NCBI GenBank assembly: GCA_048624115.1
Contig: JBMCTC010000001.1
Coordinates: forward strand, 1-44,818
Length of the DNA stretch: 44,818 nucleotides
Reading direction: 5' to 3'
Source: Spirochaetota bacterium
GTDB lineage: Bacteria > Spirochaetota > Spirochaetia > DSM-27196 > SLST01
Below the pieces are notes generated by a model that worked only from the letters and a program-made list of their open reading frames with translations, was not told the DNA's origin and did no database searches. Each line of letters begins with the position of its first letter. Positions within the stretch are counted from its first letter, which is position 1. A program made the translations under genes and the position numbers. Positions 10,234 through 18,616 of the stretch are shown one piece after another.

Positions 10234-10340
10234 CAGCAAGGAGCGGTGTGGCACCGCGGCCGGGGTTTTAGCAGCAGGCAGCGGTGTCGCACCGCGGGCC
10301 GGGGGTTTAGCAGCAGGCAGGGTTGTCGCACCGCGGCCGG
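10222..10340. repeat. Imperfect tandem direct repeat, 3 copies of ~38 bp
   Basis: Copies at about 10222-10259, 10260-10297 and 10298-10336 (ccggggNtttagcagcaRgSagcggtgtSgcaccgcgg). Each holds the mini-hairpin GCGGTG-nnn-CACCGC. Copy 1 contains the amidohydrolase stop codon. Confidence 0.75.
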
Positions 10341-10346
10341 CGAGCG

Positions 10347-12221
10347 TTACTGCGGCATGAGATCCCAGTACTCTTGCACCGAGGCGTTTCGTTTACAAAG
10401 CTCGATGATCTTCTGACCAAGCGGATTTAGGTCCGGGGTCTCGAACTGTTCGAGTTCCTTTAGAAAGAAGTCGTAGAGTATTTTCGCGCCCTTGTCGTAT
10501 CCTTCGATCCCGACTTCCGGCTGATCGTGGACCCGCAAGAAGCCGTGGGGCATCTCCTGGCCGTTTACGCGCAGGCCGGGCAGGCTGTAGCCGAGCAGTG
10601 AACAGCGCGAATCGTCGAGTTGGCCGGGTCGGAAGCGCAAGCCACCACGGCGTGCCATCCACTCGCGGGCGAGCCACTCTCCGGTAAAACCGACCTTGTA
10701 GGCACCGATGTACTGGTTCGGGATGAGCACGTAGCGCGTTCCAGGAGTCTGCTCGATCAGCTCAAGCAGCAGGTTCGCCTGGCGGACCATTGTGCCTGTA
10801 GCGAATGGCCAGTAGCTCCCCACCCCCTCACTGGTAAGACCCTCGGCGGTGACGATGCTCGGATTTGAGTGACCGCGAGGCGCCACGAGTCGCCAGAGCC
10901 AGGCAAGCGCAGGCGGCAGCACGTGTAGCATACCGAGAATCCCGTAGTTGGGCGTCTCTCGGGTACACGGCGGGGTGCGAACACCAAAGCTCCGAACATC
11001 GACATGCACCGGTTCATTGACCGTATTCTCGATAAAGTGCCGCGGCATAATGACTCGAGGGTTGGGGCACGGCTTGCCCGGCGCATCCTGAATATGCTCC
11101 CAGAGCAGAACCGTAGAGCCGGCCTTCCCATCGATGTTGAGGAAGATGAGCGGCTCTGGAGGATTGATGCAGAGCTTCTCAAGCGAGGGCTCGGTACCAT
11201 ACTCGGTCAGGTGGTCGACACGGAGAAACCAGCCGGCCTCCGCGTCCTCAATCACAAGCCGGCGCGAGCCCTTCTGAAGACTCGGATGCGCGAGCGCCAT
11301 GTCGTCGGTGATAGGATGCAGCTCGCATGTGTCAAAGAGCTCGATAAACAGGCGGTCGCCGGTAACGGTGTTCTCACCGAGGCGAATGCGACCATCGGGC
11401 TCGCGGTGCATCGCCTGGGTCATCTCGCTCTTTCCCCCGCCGCTCGCACCCTCGTGCATGATTACGTACTCGTTGTCGTAGGGCGTGATCAGGCGCACCG
11501 CGGAGCTGTGTAGCGTTGTCCATCCTTCGCGCTCGCCAATGGTGAGCAGGATACCGTACACGCCCTTCTTCGCGCTTGGCCCCGGGTAGAGGTTGTAGCT
11601 AAAGAGCTCGTGCATTCCGGGTAGACGATTGTGAATGACGAGCTGTCGCCCCTCGAAGTGAGTATGCCGGAACGGCGGTGCGAGGTAGATAACGGCCTCA
11701 GGCGTAAAGCCGTCGGGCACCTTGTCCTTCGGGATAAACCCCTGGAGGTCTGCCAGGCCGGCAACAAAGAAACCTGCATTCTCGGGTGCAACGAGCAGCG
11801 TCGGGCATCCGGCGTTTTTGTCGCCGCTCATGAATGGAAGGACGATCAGACGGTCCTGCTCGGCAAGCCACTCGAAGGTCTCTGTTCGCGTCTTGTCGAA
11901 AGAGGTGCCGAATCGATCGGCGTAACGGCGCTTGTCCGTGGGCTGATCGTCGGCGATCACCATTGCCTCTGGATCGCGGCGTCGCATGTACGGCTCGACG
12001 TAATTTACAGCAGCCCCGTTCCTGCAGCGTTCAACGGTTGCCTCCACGACGCGTCCTTTGCCCGGAACGTCGTAGGCCACCTCGACCACGTCGGCGCCTG
12101 GATCGAAGAACGCCAGCTCGAGCAAATGCGCTCGGCTTTCAGGAATGATTATCTCGGTCTTCTCGAAAACCTTCTGCAGTTCATCTGGAACGTTGAGTAT
12201 CGATAGCTCGACTGCGCTCAT
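10347..12221 (-). CDS. Uncharacterised DUF4914-like protein with an HprK/PEPCK-type P-loop
   Basis: 624 aa, soluble. The P-loop HEGASGGGKSEMTQ matches the GxSGxGKSE signature of HPr kinase/PEPCK-like folds. The family name DUF4914 is from memory and was not searched. Confidence 0.7.
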   Translation of the reverse strand: MSAVELSILNVPDELQKVFEKTEIIIPESRAHLLELAFFDPGADVVEVAYDVPGKGRVVEATVERCRNGAAVNYVEPYMRRRDPEAMVIADDQPTDKRRYADRFGTSFDKTRTETFEWLAEQDRLIVLPFMSGDKNAGCPTLLVAPENAGFFVAGLADLQGFIPKDKVPDGFTPEAVIYLAPPFRHTHFEGRQLVIHNRLPGMHELFSYNLYPGPSAKKGVYGILLTIGEREGWTTLHSSAVRLITPYDNEYVIMHEGASGGGKSEMTQAMHREPDGRIRLGENTVTGDRLFIELFDTCELHPITDDMALAHPSLQKGSRRLVIEDAEAGWFLRVDHLTEYGTEPSLEKLCINPPEPLIFLNIDGKAGSTVLLWEHIQDAPGKPCPNPRVIMPRHFIENTVNEPVHVDVRSFGVRTPPCTRETPNYGILGMLHVLPPALAWLWRLVAPRGHSNPSIVTAEGLTSEGVGSYWPFATGTMVRQANLLLELIEQTPGTRYVLIPNQYIGAYKVGFTGEWLAREWMARRGGLRFRPGQLDDSRCSLLGYSLPGLRVNGQEMPHGFLRVHDQPEVGIEGYDKGAKILYDFFLKELEQFETPDLNPLGQKIIELCKRNASVQEYWDLMPQ

Positions 12222-12331
12222 AAAACCCCCATGAGATACGCATATTTATGCGAATACCATGCAGTTTAGTGGAAAAAGATACACGTGGGAAGGGGCTACA
12301 TGAGGATAGGTCGATGATGTCTCGCCGGGCG

Positions 12332-12721
12332 CTACGCCCGAAGCGCGCTGATCTGTTCTCGGATTGCGGCGATCTGAACTCGCAGGAGTGTCTGGTTCGC
12401 GGTCACGCGAGCGAGCACCTCGAGCTTCGTTCGCTCGAGCGCGGCTCGTAACTTGGGAATGCGTTCTGCGCCGGTCGGATCCTTCGCTCGATAGAGCGCC
12501 TCGAGTGGACCCGCCACTTGTTCGAAGGTCTCGATCTCTGCGAGGATTTGCTGCTCGAGCTCGATGTGAAAGGCAAGCCGCTCCTCGGCCGTCTCGTTGT
12601 CGCTTCCTGCTTCGAGTACGCGAAGATACTCGGCAAAGCGAGCGCGTTGCCGCTCTACGGTGGCCTTGAATCGGCGGAGGATCGCGATGCGCTCCTCTCG
12701 TTCGTCGTTGGTAATGCTCAT
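12332..12721 (-). CDS. Hypothetical all-helical coiled-coil protein, linked to fliS
   Basis: 129 aa, rich in E/R/L/A with heptad character. It starts 28 nt downstream of the fliS stop on the same strand. No recognisable motif. Confidence 0.65.
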   Translation of the reverse strand: MSITNDEREERIAILRRFKATVERQRARFAEYLRVLEAGSDNETAEERLAFHIELEQQILAEIETFEQVAGPLEALYRAKDPTGAERIPKLRAALERTKLEVLARVTANQTLLRVQIAAIREQISALRA

Positions 12722-12749
12722 TCTTTTTTAATTGTCGGCGCGAACGGCG

Positions 12750-13175
12750 CTATCCAGCAATATTAAAGCCGCCCTGCCCTCGACCTTCAACGGAAGTTCG
12801 CTCTACGATCTGCGCCCATGCGCCACGCAACTCGGCAAGCATGCGGCGAACCTCTTTCAACGGGGCGCTATCCTTTTGGACGTTGCCCTCCATCAGTTGC
12901 TTGTTGAAGTAGCGGTAGAGCCCGTAGAGTGACGGAGCGATGTCGCCGCCCTGTTCGAAGTCGAGGCTTACGGTAAGCTCGGTGATGATATCCTGCGCCT
13001 TGAGAATCGAGTTGCTGATCTCGTCGTACTTGCGAGATGAGGAGTCGAGTAGCCGCGCGGCGTGGTCAATCTGACGAACTGCTTCGTCGTACAGCATGAT
13101 TATCATCTTGCCACCACTTGCTGTTCGGACCGAAGTTTCTTTGTAAGCGCTGACTGAACTGGCTCTATACGACAT
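12750..13175 (-). CDS. fliS: Flagellar export chaperone FliS
   Basis: 141 aa. AYKETSVRTASGGKMIIMLYDEAVRQI..ILKAQDIITELTVSLDFEQGGDIAPSLYGLYRYFNKQL is the canonical FliS four-helix pattern. Confidence 0.9.
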   Translation of the reverse strand: MSYRASSVSAYKETSVRTASGGKMIIMLYDEAVRQIDHAARLLDSSSRKYDEISNSILKAQDIITELTVSLDFEQGGDIAPSLYGLYRYFNKQLMEGNVQKDSAPLKEVRRMLAELRGAWAQIVERTSVEGRGQGGFNIAG

Positions 13176-13220
13176 GAATACTCCCTTCTGATTTTCGTCA
13201 ACTTTTTATTTTAACTTGAG

Positions 13221-15593
13221 TCATCGCGCGTTCTCCAACAGAGTAGAGACGGGCACCACCTCGTAGCCCTGTGCCAGAAGCCCATTGATCAGCACGTCAA
13301 GGCGCTGGAAGAGGTAATCCTCCCTCCCGCCCGATGCGCTCGGGGCTACGCCGATCTCCATCGAAACGATTGAACCGGGACGCTTTACGTCAAGAATGCG
13401 TTCAACGAGATCTGCGCTCGGCATGTACAGCTCGTTGAGCCCGTTCCGAGTGATTCGAGGAACCCAGTCCAAGCTGTCGACATCACGTCCGACGTAGATG
13501 TAGTTCGCCTCTTGGCCCCACGATACGATATCGTCGCTGACGAAGTAGTAGGGCGCGTGCCAAATGAGCGAGAGCTCACGGCCCGTCGCGGCGAAGTACT
13601 CATCCTCGTTCCTGCTCAATCCCTCCAGAATGAAGTCTCGCGTGATTTCGAATCTACGATCGGCCATATCGAAGTAGGCAAAGAAGAGCGAGCCCACCTC
13701 GTGTCCAGCCGTCGCTATCTCCGATAGCGCCGCGGGGTGTCTACGAATAAACTCCCCATTTACGAAGAACGTAGCACGCAAATCGTAGGCTGCCAGGGTC
13801 ATCAGGATTTCCGTAAGGCCCTCAACGCTATCGATAGCGTTAAAGACAAGTGAGACCTCGCGCTCACGCGTCCGCGAGCCATGTGTGAAGTAGTCGAGGT
13901 CAACCGGCTCGTCCACGATTGGCAGGGGCTCGTAGCGTGCCACCGGCGGCGGAAAGAGGCGACTCGTGCCGACGCCCCGGGATCGCCGGACCATCACGAT
14001 GTTGCGATAGCTGCCGCTGTTCAGCGTCTCGAGAAATACACGGAAGTCGGTAGCCGCGACTTCTTTGCGGCTCTCGAGAGGCTGCTCGGTGGGCTCCCAG
14101 TACCCGCCGTTGATCGTTCGAACAAAGCGGTAGTTCTCGCCGTCGGAGGTGGCGAGAATCTCGCCCTGATCCGAGACCGAGTGATCGTCGGTTTGGGAAA
14201 GGGCCAGGAAGGAACGCTCCCCTGAAACCGAGACTATCTCGAGCTTCGCGACGCCGCCGACGAGTAGGCGATCGTCATCGACCCAAACGGCATGCAGTGG
14301 ATTGTTCACTGCAACGCTTCGGAGTTCCTGAAAGGTTGCTGCGTTCCGGAAGCTAATGCCCGTCTCTGAGAGCAGAGCAAGGGTCCGTTCATCGGGCGAG
14401 AGCAACGCGGATCGGGTGCCTATCTGCCCTACCCGCTCGAAGCTGAGATCGCGAACACCCGGGACCACGCGAAGCCGAAAGATCTCAGAGTCGTCTGTGT
14501 CGTTGGTAACGTTGCCGGCGAGAATGGTCACGTCCCCGAGGTCACTCCAGGCGACCTGCTCGATACGAGTGTTGCGCGGCAAGAAGAGAGCCGGAAGCGA
14601 GAGGATCTGGCCCTCGTCGGCAAAGTCGTCGGTGTCCAGGAAGAGCGCAAAGAGATTGCGCCCGCCATTGTTCAGGAGCAGACTCTCGCCGGTAGGTGCA
14701 ATCCAGAAGCTGTCAAAGTTCCCATCAAACTCAAACGGCAACTTACCCCGAATCGTGCCTACCTGCAGGAGGCCTGAGTAGAGCGAGCGGGTGAAGAACT
14801 CCGACCCCGCGACCTGATACACGAGGGTTCCAGACACGTAAAAGAGCGTGCCGTCGGGGGCCCAACGGACGTTGTTGATCGTGCCTGGACCGAGCCGGCG
14901 AAAACTCTCGGTAAGCAGTCGGTCCCGCTCATACTGGGCGATCGAAAAGTAGTAGACCTCTTGGCCCCGAGCGTAGACAAAGAAGCGTGAGTCGGGCGAC
15001 CAGCGAGCGGGCACCTCCTGGGTAGAGAGCTCGACACGCTCGGCAACTACATGCGTCGTGCTTCCGTCGCTCCGGGCGAGAATGAGCCGTCCGTAGGCCG
15101 CGCTCGTCGGTTCGAGCACGGTGAGATAGCGACCGTCGGGACTCGAGACGGTGGGGACTAATCGACCTGTCTCTACTTGTGAGCCCCGGAGGAAGCCCGG
15201 CGAGCCTGCTACCGGCTCGAATGCTCCGGTCTCTACATCTCCGCGAAAGACACCAAAACGATTCTGGATTTGCACCGTTCCGAGTTCCGGCAGATAGTTC
15301 ATGAGCTCCGGATAGTAGGTGAGTTGGGTAAGCGGCGCATCGTCTAATATGTCGCCACCGGCAACAGCCGCTTCGCTAAAGGTTGCGGGAACGCCTGAAA
15401 GATCCGCTGCAAAGAGGGCGGCATACGCTCCGGTGCCGGGTGCCTCGGTTACCGCCTCGAAAAGCAGGGTATCGTCCTCGGAGAGGTCGAGCGTGCCAAA
15501 GGTGGTTTCGGCAGAGAGCGTGAGCGCGACAAGCAATGCAACAGTAATGCTACAATATCGTTTCAAATCAGCCTCTACCATGAATCTCGTCAC
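13221..15593 (-). CDS. Secreted TolB-like beta-propeller fused to a polysaccharide deacetylase (CE4/NodB) domain
   Basis: 790 aa with a signal/anchor segment (CSITVALLVALTLSA). Propeller-type motifs recur (SSPDGRYL, WSPDSRFF, WAPDGTLF, LSPDERTL). The C-terminal NodB region contains ATFFVNGEFIRRHPAALSEIATAGHEVGS. Confidence 0.8.
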   Translation of the reverse strand: MTRFMVEADLKRYCSITVALLVALTLSAETTFGTLDLSEDDTLLFEAVTEAPGTGAYAALFAADLSGVPATFSEAAVAGGDILDDAPLTQLTYYPELMNYLPELGTVQIQNRFGVFRGDVETGAFEPVAGSPGFLRGSQVETGRLVPTVSSPDGRYLTVLEPTSAAYGRLILARSDGSTTHVVAERVELSTQEVPARWSPDSRFFVYARGQEVYYFSIAQYERDRLLTESFRRLGPGTINNVRWAPDGTLFYVSGTLVYQVAGSEFFTRSLYSGLLQVGTIRGKLPFEFDGNFDSFWIAPTGESLLLNNGGRNLFALFLDTDDFADEGQILSLPALFLPRNTRIEQVAWSDLGDVTILAGNVTNDTDDSEIFRLRVVPGVRDLSFERVGQIGTRSALLSPDERTLALLSETGISFRNAATFQELRSVAVNNPLHAVWVDDDRLLVGGVAKLEIVSVSGERSFLALSQTDDHSVSDQGEILATSDGENYRFVRTINGGYWEPTEQPLESRKEVAATDFRVFLETLNSGSYRNIVMVRRSRGVGTSRLFPPPVARYEPLPIVDEPVDLDYFTHGSRTREREVSLVFNAIDSVEGLTEILMTLAAYDLRATFFVNGEFIRRHPAALSEIATAGHEVGSLFFAYFDMADRRFEITRDFILEGLSRNEDEYFAATGRELSLIWHAPYYFVSDDIVSWGQEANYIYVGRDVDSLDWVPRITRNGLNELYMPSADLVERILDVKRPGSIVSMEIGVAPSASGGREDYLFQRLDVLINGLLAQGYEVVPVSTLLENAR

Positions 15594-15615
15594 CTCGGAA
15601 GCGACGGTTCACGCC

Positions 15616-15885
15616 TTATCCCGATTTCGCCAAATCTCCCCGCACCGCTTTGCGCCGACCGAGCATCTCCTCGAGGTCGCCCTCGATCCCCGCCAGCCGA
15701 TTCTCGAACCGTTCGAGCATCCGCACCGAGTACTCCTTGACCTCGCGCTCCATTTGGTCGAACGGCTCGTCTAGGAGGTTCCTGAACTGGTAATCGTGGA
15801 CCCGCTCCGTTCCGCAATAGGGACAAAACCGGAAGTCGGGCGAGATATAGCGGTTGCAATGACGACAAGTGGTGAACTCTCGCAC
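15616..15885 (-). CDS. Small zinc-ribbon protein with a coiled-coil tail
   Basis: 89 aa with CRHC..x13..CPYC (two CxxC pairs) followed by a charged helix. Preferred over the overlapping 274-aa ORF 15590-16414, which is R/G/A-rich and antisense to the AlaX-like gene. Confidence 0.6.
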   Translation of the reverse strand: MREFTTCRHCNRYISPDFRFCPYCGTERVHDYQFRNLLDEPFDQMEREVKEYSVRMLERFENRLAGIEGDLEEMLGRRKAVRGDLAKSG

Positions 15886-15967
15886 ATCTCCATTTTATAC
15901 TTTCTTTCTTCCGGTGTTCAACCGGGTTTGTGCCTGTTACCTTCTTTTTCATTGAGGAAGGTGGCCG

Positions 15968-17203
15968 ATGTCTGACCAAGCAACGCAAGCGCTCTACTAC
16001 GAAGAACCTGCACCGATGGAGTTTCGCGCCCGGGTGATGAGGATCGAAGGCAAGGACGGGCGCGAGGTCGTACTCGACCGCACCGCATTCTATCCTGAGG
16101 GCGGCGGACAGCCGGCGGATCGCGGGACGCTCGAGGGCATTGCGGTAACCGACGTGAGCAAGCGCGACGGTGTGATCTACCATCGGCTTGCTGAGCGGCC
16201 TGGGTTTGATATCGATGCGTCGATCACGGGCGTTGTAGACCGATCGCACCGCCGCGAGTATCAGCAACAGCACACAGGCCAGCACATCCTCTCGGCGGCT
16301 CTCTTCTCGCGAGGGCTTGCCACCCTCAGCGTGCACCAGGGAGAAGAGTATACGAGTATCGAGGTCGATGCCGAGGAGATCGCGCCTGAGATCCTGGCCG
16401 AGGTCGAGACGCATGTAAACGCGGTGATTGAGGCGGATCTACCGATCACCGCGACGCTCGTCCCGGAAGCAGAGATTGGCAACTATCCGCTTCGACGGCC
16501 TCCGAAGGTCGGCGGAACGATCCGGGTTGTACAGATCGGAGACCAGGACTGCGTCGCCTGTGGTGGAGTTCACCTCTCTCGGACCGGCCAGGTACGGCTC
16601 GTGAGGACGCTCGGGACCGAGAGTATCCGCGGAAACACGCGCATTCTCTACGCGATCGGCGATCGTGCACTCGCGCACTACCGCCTCTGTGCCGATGTTG
16701 TCTCAGAGCTCGGAGCGGGCTTGAGCGCAAAACCAGCAGAGATTCCGGTCCGCGTCGCGAAACTCCGCGGGCAGGTCGCATCGCTAACCACGGCACTCGC
16801 ACGCGCCAACGAGAAGATTGCAAGCCTCATTGCCGCGGGTCTCGTGCGCGAGGCCGTGAGCGAACGGGCTGCCGACTCCGAGGGGCCCCTGGTCATTGCT
16901 GCCAACCTCGGAACCTACGAGGCTGCCTTTGTTCGAAGCGTAATGGAAAAGCTTCTCGTCGCCGAGCGCGTTGTCGCGGCACTGAGTGCGACCCAACCAG
17001 AGGGAGACGGGTCTGCGAGACGAATGGCCTGGAGCATCGGCGCGAGCCTGGGCGTCGATTTCGACTTCAACGCTCATCGGGAGAAGCTGCTTGCTCCCAT
17101 CGAAGGTAAGGGCGGTGGCCGTGCGCCGATTTGGCAGGGTGTTGGTCGGGAGGCGGAGCGTGAAAGCGATTTCCTCAACGCGTTTCGTGAGATTTGGGAG
17201 TAG
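15968..17203 (+). CDS. alaX: Alanyl-tRNA editing protein (AlaX-L type: editing domain plus DHHA1-like C-terminus)
   Basis: HxxxH motif (HTGQHILSAA) and CxxxH motif (CVACGGVH) of the AlaRS/ThrRS second additional domain. C-terminal GKGGGRAPIWQG is DHHA1-like. Confidence 0.8.
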   Translation: MSDQATQALYYEEPAPMEFRARVMRIEGKDGREVVLDRTAFYPEGGGQPADRGTLEGIAVTDVSKRDGVIYHRLAERPGFDIDASITGVVDRSHRREYQQQHTGQHILSAALFSRGLATLSVHQGEEYTSIEVDAEEIAPEILAEVETHVNAVIEADLPITATLVPEAEIGNYPLRRPPKVGGTIRVVQIGDQDCVACGGVHLSRTGQVRLVRTLGTESIRGNTRILYAIGDRALAHYRLCADVVSELGAGLSAKPAEIPVRVAKLRGQVASLTTALARANEKIASLIAAGLVREAVSERAADSEGPLVIAANLGTYEAAFVRSVMEKLLVAERVVAALSATQPEGDGSARRMAWSIGASLGVDFDFNAHREKLLAPIEGKGGGRAPIWQGVGREAERESDFLNAFREIWE

Positions 17204-17253
17204 CGCTCCCGTCGTGTCACGAACCTTGGGGATTGTGTTCGCTCACAGGCGCT

Positions 17254-18576
17254 TCAGAGCAGTTCGGCGGCAAGCTCGGCGAGGCGACTGCGCTCCGACT
17301 TGAGCAGCGAGACGTGACCAAAGATGCGCTGCCCCTTGAACGCCTCGACCAAATAGCTCAGACCGTTTGAGTTCGCGTCGAGGTAGGGACTGTCGATCTG
17401 AAACGGGTCGCCTGTAAGCACCACCTTCGAGTTTTCTCCGGCTCGGCTCACAATGGTTTTGACCTCGTGCGGGCTCAAGTTCTGCGCCTCGTCAATGATT
17501 ATGAACTGGCCGGGGAGGCTTCGGCCGCGAATGTAGCTCAGCGCCTCGAGTTCGATCACCTTGTTGTTCATGAGTTGCTCTGCGCTCTTGATGTTCGGAC
17601 GCTTGTACACACTCATGACGTACTCGAGATTGTCAAAGAGCGGCTGCATCCAGTGGGAGAGTTTCTCGTGCTTTTGACCGGGCAAAAACCCGATGTCTTT
17701 GCCCATCGGAATCACCGGGCGGCTTACGAGCACGCGGCTATACTTCTTGTCCTCGAGCGTCATCTTGAGGCCCGCGGAAATCGCAAGGAGCGTCTTTCCG
17801 GTCCCGGCCTTCCCGAGCAGCGTCACAAGGTTCACCGATTCGTCAAGGAGCACATCGAGCGCCATTCGCTGTTGATCGTTCAGCGGCCGCACACCGGCCG
17901 TTGAGGGCATACGGTGATCGACGTACCAGAGCTCTTCGCTCTCCGCCATGTAGCGACCCACAATCGCCTCGTCGTGAACTCGATCGTGCAGGACTAAAAA
18001 GTGATTCGGGGGCAACGGCTCCAGCCAGGGCAACGTCTTTTCGTTTTTGAGTGTCGCGACGGTGTCTGCAGTCGCGTCAAGTTCGGTGAACCCCGAGTAG
18101 AGCTTATCGGTGTTTACCTTTTGCTTCTCGTAGTCGACTGCGCGAATGCCGAGGGCCGTTGCCTTCACGCGCGCGTTAATGTCCTTCGAGACGAAGAAGA
18201 CCATCTTGCCCTGTTTCGCCAGATCGTAGGCGGTTAGGATGATCTTGTTATCGGCCTTGTCGCTCAACAGATCGCCGGGAAGCTCGGCGTGGGGCGCAAG
18301 AACGACACGGAGGACCGATCCGTTCTCCATCTTCACACCCTCACTCAAGCTGCCCTTTTTTCCGAGCTCGTCAAGGAAGCGAATCGCGTGACGCGCGTTC
18401 CGCCCCCGCTCATCACTGTAGGTCTTGAGCTTATCAAGCTCCTCGAGTACCCAGAGCGGGATAACCACCTCGTTGTCTCGAAAACTCAAAACGCAGTCAG
18501 GCTTGTGAATAAAGACGTTGGTGTCGATGACGAAGCTTTTGATGGGGTTTGACATTCGATTTTGAGTATACGTCAT
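17254..18576 (-). CDS. PIN-domain-containing PhoH-like ATPase (YlaK family)
   Basis: N-terminal PIN (FVIDTNVFIH..EELD), Walker A GKAGTGKTLLA and Walker B FIIIDEAQN. The start could instead be the internal Met at 18555. Confidence 0.85.
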   Translation of the reverse strand: MTYTQNRMSNPIKSFVIDTNVFIHKPDCVLSFRDNEVVIPLWVLEELDKLKTYSDERGRNARHAIRFLDELGKKGSLSEGVKMENGSVLRVVLAPHAELPGDLLSDKADNKIILTAYDLAKQGKMVFFVSKDINARVKATALGIRAVDYEKQKVNTDKLYSGFTELDATADTVATLKNEKTLPWLEPLPPNHFLVLHDRVHDEAIVGRYMAESEELWYVDHRMPSTAGVRPLNDQQRMALDVLLDESVNLVTLLGKAGTGKTLLAISAGLKMTLEDKKYSRVLVSRPVIPMGKDIGFLPGQKHEKLSHWMQPLFDNLEYVMSVYKRPNIKSAEQLMNNKVIELEALSYIRGRSLPGQFIIIDEAQNLSPHEVKTIVSRAGENSKVVLTGDPFQIDSPYLDANSNGLSYLVEAFKGQRIFGHVSLLKSERSRLAELAAELL

Positions 18577-18616
18577 TCCGCTTGATTCAACGAGGTGGTG
18601 CAGCTACGTTCTCTTC

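Noticed and set aside
10222-10340. The tandem repeats considered as a possible CRISPR array.
   Set aside because: The units are contiguous with no unique spacers. There are only three copies, they are imperfect, and no cas genes are in the window.
15590-16414. 274-aa minus-strand ORF.
   Set aside because: It is antisense to the AlaX-like gene over most of its length, and its tail overlaps the zinc-ribbon ORF in another frame. R/G/P-rich junk-like translation.
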